Shown here piece after piece: positions 28,913 to 41,285 of a DNA stretch of 64,000 nucleotides. Position numbers and translations under genes: made by a program. Location: assembly GCF_009914755.1 (NCBI RefSeq), contig NC_060932.1; one strand, written 5' to 3'. The DNA is from the human T2T-CHM13v2.0 reference genome, Homo sapiens. Below the pieces are notes generated by a model that had not been told where the DNA came from, did not search any database, and saw only the letters and a program-made list of their open reading frames with translations. Within the stretch, counting starts at the first letter, position 1. Every line of letters begins with the position of its first letter.

Positions 28913-29197
28913 TGTGATAAAAATAAATGAACAGATCCCATAGCTAAAACTTCAAAAATACCTAGTTTTCTTTTTTGAAGTTCCGCACTTTACTTAGGAG
29001 CACTTTGAGAATTGAAAAAAACAAGAGGAATGGTTTACCAATTGTACAAGTCTACACTGGAATTCCAAATGAATGTTTTCTTCAGGAAAATAATAGGGAA
29101 GATGCCACCTACCTGAGTCCTTCTCAAGAACTCTGAGGTCACATGGAGATGACCACAACAGGCAAATCGTGGCCTCCAATATTTGGTGCATTTTAAG
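28913..29197. repeat. 285-bp direct duplication, copy B
   Basis: Aligns to 25026-25311 at about 96% identity. Confidence 0.95.
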
Positions 29198-32100
29198 AAC
29201 ACTGGCTATTTAGTCTGTAAGAGTAAAACTAACTATTTAAAGCTGGTTATAAATTATATCTCCTGCTCACTCTCTCTAAATCACACCAAATACAAAGACT
29301 TTCTCATTCTCTCATGCCAGCAATACATCAGTTATAATACTCAGTAAACTTTGGTTAAATACAAAACACTATAGAATAAGATACAGGATCTAGCAACTAC
29401 TGACAGCTGACATTGGACATGCCAACGCTTGAGAAAGAGCCAACAGTAAACTGACTTTAAAAGCATCTTGACTCATTTGTCACTTATCCAATGGTGATGA
29501 TCATCATTGTGTATGTTTTCCAGGGATATTGGCATAAATGCATGGCTACCCTTCCTTATTTGTAGAATCCAGAGGAAAAAACTAAAGACAAGAAACTCAT
29601 TTTGGTCTTCTGGGCTTATTCATTGGTTTTTGCTGTTTAATTTTTAAAATTATAGTTTGTTTTACTCTTGCATTGGATATTAATAATATAACAGACCTAC
29701 TAATTCTGATTGTATTGTCTTTTATTTATTCCAAGCAGATTTCTTTTTTTTACCTAATAGATTCCTTAATATTCCATAAGTGATTTCTAACATGTTTCTA
29801 AAATTTTATTAATTGATGATAGTTTAATCTTATTTTTATAAATAATAGATGTTAAGACTCTATATTTTTTCAAAATGTTTTTGAAACATGTTTTAAAATT
29901 CTTATGCCAACTAAGACAAGATGTATTTCTATTATCACTATCTGCTCTTATGCCACTTTGATTTAATCAAATTAGTTTTTGCAACTTTATACAAATAGTG
30001 AATAAAGAAAATATAAATAAAATCTTTAAGAGCGATTACTTGCTTCACCTTCTTTTGTTGGATAATGTCTATAAACTGATACAGATATAACCAAAAATAT
30101 TCAAGTTTAAATTAGAAAACGGAATGTAAACAGAGCTGATTACAACCTCATCTAACACTGGACTCCAATAACCCTGTCATTCCATATTTTAAATATGCAA
30201 GGTAGTAGGACTGATATTTTGGTAAGGCAAATGCCTTGCCAGAAACAGAAAGGTAAACATTCTGGTAAATCACCTGTCAACTAGACAATGCTATGAGGTT
30301 TCTGTCTGGATTTGGCTTCTGATTCCATCATGGTGGCGCTCTCCTTATCGATCCTGAGCAATATTTTAGAAGCACCTGGTTATAAAGTAAGCTCACTGGA
30401 AATACTCTTCCCAGATCTCCATGTGGCTGAAGTCTCATTGTTTAGGTTTCAGATCAAAGCCCTCAGTGAATCTGTTCTTCATCACTCCACTTATTACCTA
30501 CCCCAACACCTTGTTTAATTTCCTATTTGGCATTCCTCATTATTAGAAAGTGAGTTATTTGCTTGCTCATATGTTAAATTTTTTATCTCCCTCCTCCATG
30601 AGTATATTCATTGGAAGAGACCAAGAACACTCACCCTTCTTGCTCTCATTTTACCCCAGAACCTGGACCAATGCCTGGGACCCAGTTCCTATGCAATAAC
30701 ACTTGTTAATTAACTTTTTAAGATGCAATATTTCTTTTTAAAATATTTATGATTTGGAGCTGCCTATTTGGATAAGATTTCTCTTGGCCAGTTTTACTTT
30801 AGAGATCACTTAGAATATGCACTATGGTGACAGGTCACTACCACATCATGCTGAATTTTTTGGTACAATCTGCCGAGGTGCCAAATGTCACATGAAAGGT
30901 TTCTGTCCTTCAAGAAAACAAAACCAGAACCCAAACCTAGGGACCACCCATAAGATGTGCATGTGACCAACAATTTCCCCCATCTGGAAAGACTCATCCT
31001 ACCCAACTCAAGCCCAGACCTCATAAATGTGCTTCAATGGCGCCTCTTTTGTAATATTGCTAAGCTCAGCCATGTCCCTCATAAGCAGGAAATCCAGGAA
31101 GCCCAGCTTTGCTTGACGAACACACTTTTGCAGGATGTCTGCAATGGAACAGTTTACTTTGCAGAAATATTTCTGAGATTTGAACAGAAGAGCAAAGGTG
31201 GGCAGGACTCACGGAGTGCTGTTAGGGACCTAAGGCCTATTTTATATTCTTGGTGGGAAACCAAGAACAAAGCTCAGAGAATAAGTTTTTCTCTAGCTCT
31301 GTGTACATATTTATTTCTTGATTCTTCTTATCGCCTACATAGCCTTCTCCTGGATCCAACAAATGAAGGCTTTTGATGTTTTTCTGAGCTTCAGATCTGA
31401 AATGAATGCCTTGGGAAACCGTTAAATTATTGACTGGATTTCAATCAAACATCACTCTAGCTAAAATATTAGATCCAAAACGTGATGCATGGACCTTCTG
31501 GTTGTTTTCAACACTGAGTAAAAATGTTGCCACCTTTCAGAATCTTGAGGAAGCCCCAAAACATTTCTGACTTCACTGTTCAGAGAAAACATTACAGGAT
31601 CTTCCATCTTACCTTACTTTTAATGTGTGGTATATGAAATACAAGAGTACACGTAATAGAATAGACAGAGTGGGCTCTAGCCATAAACTCTTCACAAAAG
31701 AAACCACAATAACAAATCCATATTTTATTTCTAGTAAACATAACAGAAGCTTCAGTAATACCAGAAGGAGATTAAAATACTGCAATTCTATTTCAAAAAT
31801 AATTTACCTATTTACTTCTCTGCTCAAGCATTTTTTCCCGGTACGAAAGCCAAACAAATATTAAATAATAAATATCCTGGTTGAATTTCTCTAGTCTTTT
31901 GCCCTAGATTTAACTCATGAGAAAGAAATGAACGTTTATCACTTACTTTTAAGGGTGGTGGGCAGAATGTCTACATTTTTTCCCACCACCACCACCCCAA
32001 ATAGTTTTTGAAAGACTAATTACATGTTGTTATGTTTAAATGCTGTTAAATAAATGCATGTAACAAAATTAAAGCAATATAGCCTTCTCCAAATAAACAT

Positions 32101-33861
32101 AATTTTAATTAACAAAGGGAATGTCAATATTTAGCATCAAGACTGATGTCCAGTTTTGAGTGAGGATTTCTTTTCATGAAATAATTAATTTAGTCCTTCA
32201 ACTAGCGGTCGTCGTTGTGACAGTAGCTAGTGTAGTAGAAGTAGCAAGAAGAAAAGCCCATTGGACTAGGTAACTGCAAAATGTCACTAACTCTGAGTCC
32301 AAACGTTTTGCTAAGCTCTAATGCATCTTGCATTAGTGTTTTGATGATTTGCTCACCAGATACATCCAGTTATATTTTCCACTCTATCCGTCTGTGCACT
32401 CTGTACTCTAGCCACATGGGACGTCATATTTTTATTGAAGTGCCAAAGATATGTCACTAAAAAAGACTTTTGAAGCTATTGTTGACCTGATTTAATAGTA
32501 TGTGTTCTTTGTTTTCTGAAGAGGAAGAACTTGGAAAACCAGGCATGTCCTCACAATTTTGGTATTCATATCACATAGCACATATCAGTTGAAATAATAT
32601 GTTTTGTTTGGAATTAAATAATTCCATGATAAAATGAAGTCATTTTAGGACAATTACAGCATAAATATTAGTACTGGGCCAATCACAACAAAATATCAAA
32701 TATTAATAATACATTTATATTTATATGCTGAAGAATTAGCATAGTGTTACATGAGGCATAATTACAAATATGTTCTTAAGCATTGATTTTATATATGCAT
32801 TTTATAAAATTAGAATAGTATGGTGAATGAAATATTTATTAACACAATAAATACTGCTATAATACTCACATTAATTAATTATTATCAGTTATAGGAGTAT
32901 ACATTTTTCCCTTTTTAAGAGTAGGACTATAAAGATATGTCTCCATTGTGTTTGGTGTTCAGAAAGTAGAAATTTAAGGTAATATGGAGAATTATTTGAA
33001 AAATCAAATAGTAAATAAAACTAAATAACAATTGCTCTATCTAAAAGTCTGTTCTCCTGTAAGAAATATACATGTGTATACATATGTATTACACACACAT
33101 ATATATGTATACACATAAAAGCTACTAACATAGACATCAATATTTCCATTTTAAATATAAGGAATTTGAGTTTGAGAAACTTAAATAATTTGACCAGAGT
33201 CTAAAATTTGCTAAATAATCATAGATAACGCTTTCTTCTACTTTTATAGCTGAACTATAAAAAAGTTACCCCAAGATGATAAAAGACAAGGAAAACATGT
33301 TTCAAGAAATCTAAAGAATAAAAATTGCACAGAGTATATTTTTTAACTGCAGTAGAATTAAACGAGAATCTATAGAAATAAGACTGCTTGAAAAGCCCAA
33401 ATATATGAAATCATACAACATGCTTCTTAAAATGCATAGGACGAAGATAAAATCATAAGAGAAGTTAGAAAATATTTTAAACTAAATTACTAGTAAATCA
33501 CTATAAAATGTTTGGCAAATAAATTATTATATGGAGGGAAACATAGCATTAACTACTTATTTATAAAAAAGAGAGAGCCAAATTAGTGACTTTATATTCC
33601 ACTTAACTTATAAGAAAAAGGAGACTAAACCCAAAATAAATAGAAGAGTGAAAATAAGAGAAAAATTGAGTAAAGTAAAAAAAAATAGGCAACTGGCAAA
33701 TAATAAATTAAAATGTGGTCTTTAAAAAAATCAAGAAAATTGGCAAACTCTTGGCTAGAAAGATTTTAAAAGGGAATTAATACAAATCAGCAATATCAAA
33801 AATGAAAAATCCATTTTTATCATATATTCGTCAGACCTGAAGTGGACTTAGAATAATAACA

Positions 33862-34195
33862 GCAGCTGAGTATTTCTTATCTGAAATTCTTAGGACCAGA
33901 CGTATTTCAGATTTGGGATTTCTTTTTTCGAATTTTGGAATATATGCAGACCTATAAATAATGAGAAATCCTGGGGATGAGACCCAACACTAAATACAAA
34001 ATTCATTTAATTTCATGTACATCTTATATACATAACCTGAAGACAATTTTAAACAATATTTTAAAGTATATATGCAACTCATCAAAGAAGGTCAGGTGTG
34101 GAATTTTCCACTTATGATGTCATGTTGGCACGAAACAATTTTGGATTTTGGAACATTTGGGATTTGGAGTTTTATAATTAGAGATGCTCAACCTG
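33862..34195. mobile_element. Tigger4b (MER46/Zombi) TcMar DNA-transposon fossil
   Basis: TIR-like ends cagctgagtatttcttatctgaa ... gagatgctcaacctg; internal ggtcaggtgtggaattttccact. Confidence 0.8.
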
Positions 34196-34842
34196 CATTA
34201 ATAACTGTACCTACACATTTAAAAAGCAGAGATCAAGTGGATATCTTGAAAAACATAATTCACCAAAATTGACACCAGAAGAAAGAGACAATCTATACAG
34301 CCCTAAATCTAGAATATACATTGAATTTTTTATTTAAGATTTCTAAAAGAAAACTCCAGGAGCAGATTTTTCTGTCTTAAATTTTATCTAGAAATCACAT
34401 CAAAATTACACAGTTTTAGAAACAGAGGAGAAAACAGTTCTGCTCATTTTTTTAATAATTTACCGTCTCCTGTACAGTGAAATCTTAAAAAGGCTACAAA
34501 AAAGGGAATTACAGACAAAAGCCCCTCATGTATACAGACACAAATATTTTAAATGAACTACTGTAAGTCAAACCCAATAATATATTTGAAAAATCTAGTG
34601 TACCTTACGACCAAGTAGGCTGTACTCTGGAATGAGAAGTTGGATTAAAATTTCACAAAACTAATTCAATGTAATTGAACATATAAACAGAAAAAAAGGC
34701 AAAAATACTACCATTTTAATTGATGCCAAAATCATATGAAAAAATTACATACTTATTCATAATAAAACCCTCAGCAAACTACTAATGATAGGAAACTTTC
34801 TCAAGCAGATAAAGAACATTTGTGAAAAATCTACAAGCAACA

Positions 34843-35445
34843 TATTAGTGCAGTTCTAGGCAGGAGACAAAATCTCTCATCAGGGAAATTCAGTATGAAG
34901 AACGATTAATTTATAGAAGATTAAACGCAAAGAGGGGTAAAGAGAATTAAAAAAAAAAAAAAAGAATGGCAGACATATTGACCTGACATTACCTGGAGGC
35001 TCAGGCAGAGTACTCAAAGAAGAAAAAGGCAAAAGAGGATACTTGCCTGGCTGAGATTCAGAGCTGGCTGAGGAGGGAGGATTTAGTGGCCCACCGGGCA
35101 GCAAAAATGCATGCTGAGGCTCAACACTCCACACAGTCCAGCACGAGTGCCAGCTAATGTCTGTGGGACCTTCTGGCGAGCTACCCGATGGGGTGACAGC
35201 AAAACTATGGAGATGATTGTCACTGGATACCCTGCACAATGCTGACTGGCACATAATCAGAAGCAGAAATTAGTAAGAATGTCTCTTCCTCCTGCTGTGT
35301 CCATGCAGCACCCTCTACTGAGAAAGCTTAACATAGTGGCAGCTGGCAAACGCGACATGTGTACAAGGTTTGGTTTCGGAATTACAAAGCAGAGGAAAGA
35401 AGAGCAGGTTTGGAAATGAAGGGCAATATGCTAATAACTGGTACA
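34843..35445 (-). mobile_element. ERVL solo LTR (LTR33/LTR41-like) nested in L1
   Basis: Reverse complement begins tgtaccagttattagc...tttgccagctg...cagtagagggtgctg; the GC-richer block interrupts the L1. Confidence 0.6.
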
Positions 35446-37259
35446 AAAGACATTGTGGATGATGATGACAGAATTCATTACATCCCACCTGTGCCTGTGT
35501 TCCTCACTTTTACCACTTCCGTGCAACATTGTACTGAAGGAGCTGGGCATTTCAATACAGCACCCAAAAGAAGAAGGCACAAAAGGGAAAGTTGAGCTGC
35601 CTCTCTTTGCAGATGACATGGTTGCCTCCATAAAAATTTCTCATGGAATCTTTAAAACAACTACTAAAATTAATTGAATTTAGGAAGGTCACGGAATACA
35701 GATTAATATTTTAAAAATCAGTTAAATTCAAAGTTTTTTATATGTCACATGAAATCAGGAAACACAAAAGAAAAAACATAAATTAGACTTTTTTAAGACT
35801 AAAAAATGTTGTTAAATATATACCATTAAAAGGATAAATGTTGGTGGAAGGAATTACCTATAATACATATTTCAGTCAAAGAACTCGAATCTGGAATATT
35901 TAGAAAGCTCTGATAACTCAAAGGGAAGACAAAAGTTGCAGTAAAGATGCGCAAAATATTTTAACAGATACTTCACCAAGGAAGATATCTGAATGATCAA
36001 TAAGCACATAAAATACTAATATTATTGGTCATCAGGGAAATGCAAATTCACATCACCGTAAAATAACACTCTACACTCATTACAATGACGAAAACTAAAA
36101 AGGCTGAGTACACTAAATATAGCAAAAACATACAACAACTAAAATTCATCCCTCAGGTGGGAATTTAAAATGGGACTACCAGATTAGAAAACATTTTAGC
36201 CACTTCTTCAAAAGTTTAACATAAAACATACTACCCACCCATTCCACTCTTGAATGTTTGACCACAGTAATTAAACTATTTTCCCCACAAAGACTTTTAT
36301 GCAAATAATCAAAGGAGCTTTATTTCTAATAGCTAAAAACAGGGGGGTGAGGGGGGAACAAATGTCTATTAGAGTGATAAACTAAATGTGGCATAGCTGT
36401 ATATTGGAATTCTGCTTAACCATAAAAAATGTACCATTTTTATATGAAGAAATGTGGATGGACCTCAAAATCATTATTCTGAGTGAAAGAAGTTAGGCAT
36501 ATACAGATGTGTGTGTGTATATATATATTTCATATAATTTGGCATATATAATATTTCAAAAAAGCAAACTAATTCATAGTGACAGAAAACAGTTCAGTGG
36601 TGTGCTGGCAACAAAAGGTAGAACACAGGATGGATGACCGGGGTCACAAGAAAAGTTTTGTGGGTGATAGAAATATTCGTTAGCTTGATGGTGGTGGTGT
36701 TCCACGGTTGTATATAAATCTCATCCAATTTAAAATTTTCAATATCTGCACTTTATTGGTTACTAAATATACCTTTAAATGTGAATAATTGTAACTAAAG
36801 GACTCATTCATCAAGCTAGTATTCAAAATGACTATCTCTAGCTCTTGCGTAAAGAAATCTATTATGTATCCAAGGTAAACTGGGCTCTCTGTATACCAAA
36901 ATTCTAATTTAGGAAACCAAAATAGCAGGTTTGCAGTAAAACTTGGCAAATCAACTACTGTTCCAAGAATGAGATGACCTCTATTTGTCTAAAGCCACTG
37001 ATAACGTGCAAGTACACTTCCGGTAGATCAAACCATACCATTGCAACACAAGCTATAGTAGGGAAAGGGTTAGCTAGTCTATTGCAGAAGAATTCTTCGA
37101 GCTCTTGTCAAATCTCTCCATTATCAAAAGAAAGTAACCGAAATCTAGAAAGACTCAACCAGTTTTGGGGTCAACTTCTTTGGATGCCTTTCCCAATCCT
37201 CTCTGGAATTACCAGCATATGGCACTGACAAGGCTGCAGTTGTCAATCACCTTCTACAT

Positions 37260-37564
37260 CAGAGGTTGCAAGCGCTGCTACACAGGTGCATTGCCTTTGG
37301 CCTGCACTGGAATTTAAACCGGAGGGGATTTCACATATTGAAGATTCTTTGCTGCTGATGAACAATGGAAGATCCACGACATTGGACACGCCTCACATTT
37401 TTGCCTGGCAACGGTGGGTCGGTGCCCAGCAGCAGCTGCTCTGTTTACACGGGGTATAATTCTCAAGCTCACAAGAATGTATTTTTCTATGATCTGACAC
37501 CTGCTCTGTTTCGCTGATTCACACTCTCTGCCTGACTCCTGAGGGTATTCAAGTTTGTGACCCT
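37260..37564. mobile_element. MER102-like hAT fossil
   Basis: cagaggttgcaa ... caagtttgtgaccct ends; internal tgcctggcaac and cagcagctgct motifs. Confidence 0.55.
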
Positions 37565-38504
37565 AGTCAAGTCCAGAAAGTGACCCACACAGACCTCAGA
37601 GTCCACATCACACCCACCTTAGCCTTTCAAATTACATTCGTTTCCATTCGGGGTGGTGGGCAGAGAAGGCACTGGCATTCTTTTTTAAAATTAAAGTGTG
37701 CTCCTGGTAGAGAACAGCAGTTTTCATAACATAACTCTTTGAATGGATGAGTTTATCATCACCTTATTCTTTATTCAGCGTGCTTGCCGCTTATACCATA
37801 GAGATCATGAGAAAACGGGAAGAATGACAGTCACATTTTAAAACAAAGTGTTCCTTAATTGGATGGGTCAAACTAGGGTGCCACAGATGACAAGAGAACT
37901 ATGACATGACCATACCAGGGAAAATACGAGGACGGGAATCTCGTACGGGGAGATACAGAGACCCACAGGCAACCTCGTCTACACAGCACGTTCTCACCTT
38001 CCACTGTTTAAGCACAAGTCACCTGCTTGGAACGCCAGTTAATTTTCCTTTACTGGACATAGCTGAAAAGAGTGATGGAAGTTGAGGATGTCTTAAAAAG
38101 TCTCATTAGAGGGTCAAGTTTCAGTGCAAAATGTAAATGATCCTTTCAACTTCCCCATGTAAGAAACATGCACTGCATTTTGAAGCAGTCGCCTCTTTGA
38201 GAGTGCCTTATTTTAATGAGTCTACATTTATGAGCACAATCATCGTAAATACTCTGAATGAATCCACCTTTGTAAAGCACATATGTTCCACTTCCTCCCT
38301 ACCTGAACCATCTCTAGTCCAAAGTAGGACTTCCCTGCCTCCCCTGGCTCTCCTGTATACACGAGCAAATACAAAGTCACAACATATCCCGTGCGTTTAC
38401 ATTTTAGAAATATTTAATCTAAAAAAAAATGTGAAAACCCCTAAACCTAAGCAAGAAAATATAATGATTATCGTATCCGTAACATATTCAAGACAGGCTT
38501 GGTG

Positions 38505-38815
<311 letters not shown>

Positions 38816-40622
38816 TGATGGGACTATCACGGACTTGTAAGAACTGACATTACAATTGGAGAAAAACTGCCATGAAAGATTCATGTATAGACCATGAGAA
38901 ACAGAGACACTATCTCCTTTACAAAGCTATTTTAGGAAGTTTTCAGCAGGCCAAGGTTTTCTTTAGCTCAGTTTTCCTCTTTTGGCTGAGAGGACACAGC
39001 CTGCATGAAGCAATCCCTTGTGTTATTTCTGCTTCCTCTCTGATTCTCTCAAATTGAACATACAGCCTGTTCATTGCGGGGGGCTGTGCCTTGAAGCTGG
39101 GAGCCAGCCACACCTTTTTTTTTAATGCTACTGATTTCTAAAGGAAAAAGTAACAGATATTGGTTATAAAGTATGTGGAAGGAAGTAGTAGTCCAACAAT
39201 AGTAGTAACTCTGAACCTTCTGTTTGAGGGTTTAGTGTGAGATGGGTGCAACATTTGAGCTTGGGAAGTTGTGCTGAAAATCACGTTGAGAGAAAGTTAT
39301 CTGATCTTAAAGCGGTTGTAAGAAGGAGGTCAACAAGAGCTAGACTCAGGGCATGGAGCCAAGGAAATCCAGTCAGGGTCAGGACCGCAGGGGGCAGGGT
39401 GTGGGAGGGCAGGGCGCCAGCTTGATTCTGAGGAAGAGCTCTGCAGTGGGCTTCACTCCACCTCTTGCAAAGACGTCTCCCCATCCTGACCTACCCTTCA
39501 GTTCAAGGATGCCCCAAAGAAAATATATGAAGGCTTTATTCACTTAGATCTGAAAACCTGAAGCCCTGTGCAGAGTTCTGAATTCTGTTCTAGTTAATAC
39601 TCCAGGTTCTAAGACATAAGCAAGAACGATATAAGCAAGAAGAAAATCAAGTGAAATACTTGCCTTTTCGATTCTTTATTATTTTTAGTACATTCAAATA
39701 TAAACAAAGTGCATCAGATTTCTCTGCAAAGGGATACGTAAGTAGGTGAGTATATTTATTGTGGTAAAGCAAGTAATTGCTTCATACTCTAAGTAATATT
39801 ATATTCCTTTTTTAAATTTTGGGAATTAAAAGTGAATAACTCACATATTTTGTATATAGCATTCATTCCCTTTGAACTTATTCAGTAAACAACTATACAT
39901 TTCAATATTTCAACTAATATTATGCGATGAAAACTCACTTGTTTATTCTGAATGTTTAGCTACTCTTAGACGTTGAAAGGATAAATCAGCAACAGACTTT
40001 GCTGTCCAGTCACTTGAAATGGGCAGGATGGGGGAAAGAAGAAAAAGTAAATCTTAAACAGAAAAAAGTCACTCAGCTTCAAACTTGATCATCCACATAA
40101 AGCTCATTTAAAATCCTGAAAAATCTGGGAAACTATTTATAGCTCTTTATTGCATATTAATATGGATGGTTTCCCACTAAACTATTTCAACAAACTACTT
40201 CTGTGGATTTGATACCTGAAGAAAAAAGAATAGAAGTAAATTAACAATTTTACTGATTCTTGACACTTTCTTTTCTCAGAAGGTATTAAATAAAATAACT
40301 ATTTCATTTCCTTTTGAAAGACAATGTAAAATAATTACTAAAGTGATTTCTTCATGAAATTTGATTATGTCTACTACTGTGGAAAACTCACTTCCTTCCT
40401 GACACGATGCCCAACATCACCTCCCATTCCTGGTCACTCCAGCTGCTCCGGGATGCCCCAGCCTCTGCTGGCTGCCTCTGCCCCGCCAAAAAAATAACAG
40501 TCGCTCCCCTCAGCCAGTTCCAGCTAACCTCTTTAAGCTTCGGCCTTGAACAGAAAAATAATGTAGGCAGACATAGGAATAGTATAGGAATAGTACAGAC
40601 AATTCTAGATATTGCTATAAAT

Positions 40623-40842
40623 CAAAGGTTTTCACCCTTGGCATTTCTGATACTGTATGGCAGACACTTCTTTGTCATGTGAGATATCCTGTCCACTGCA
40701 GGACGATGATCAGCATCTCTAGATTATACCTGTCAGATTCTAAGAGCAACTATCTCCCCACTGTGACAATTAAAAAAAAATGTCTCTAGATACTGCCACT
40801 GTTCCCTGGGACAAAAAAATCACCCCCAGTGGAGAAAGGCTG
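40623..40842. mobile_element. MER20 hAT-Charlie fossil
   Basis: ctgtgacaattaaaaaaaaatgtctctagatactgcca and aaaatcacccccagtggagaa motifs. Confidence 0.75.
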
Positions 40843-40850
40843 ATAGAAGC

Positions 40851-40920
40851 ATATACATACACATATATTATATACCATATATATACTTCTGTGTGTGTGT
40901 ATATATATATATATATGTAC
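40851..40920. repeat. (TA)n/(TG)n microsatellite
   Basis: Direct reading. Confidence 0.9.
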
Positions 40921-41117
40921 ACAGTATCAAATTTCAAGTGAATGATTTTTAAAATTTTTCTTGCAGTTCTATGTTAACATTTTCTTGTAGTTCTAAAAGT
41001 GCATCTTATAAATGAAGGAAACTAATTCTTGGTCTTTCATACCTCTTGTAAATATTTTAACTTAATTTGTCATTTGCCTTTTGAGTATTAAGTTTTAGGA
41101 AGTCCAATTTTTCACTC

Positions 41118-41285
41118 ATATATATATACTTCTATGTATGTGTGTGTGTATATATACACACATATATATACACATATATATACACATATATATATACATA
41201 TATATACACATATACACATATATATACACATATACATATATATGTATATGTATATATACACACAGTATCAGTATATACACACACA
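41118..41285. repeat. (TA)n/(TACA)n compound microsatellite
   Basis: Direct reading. Confidence 0.92.

Larger units (their letters stand above)
33290..36790 (+). mobile_element. Fragmented old L1 (L1M) ORF2/3' UTR with nested insertions
   Basis: A-rich L1 motifs: ctctttgcagatgacatg (RT FADD region), gtcatcagggaaatgcaaat, cattattctgagtgaaagaag. Confidence 0.8.

Noticed and set aside
25057-29191. Two ORFs sharing MHQILEATICLLWSSPCDLRVLEKD, resembling paralogous genes
   Set aside because: A by-product of the 285-bp DNA duplication; a 1-bp indel shifts the frame between copies and there is no recognisable protein family.
30957-31376. 139-aa ORF (and the 148-aa ORF at 12019-12465)
   Set aside because: Non-ATG starts, no domain similarity, antisense to the host gene; lengths are within chance expectation.
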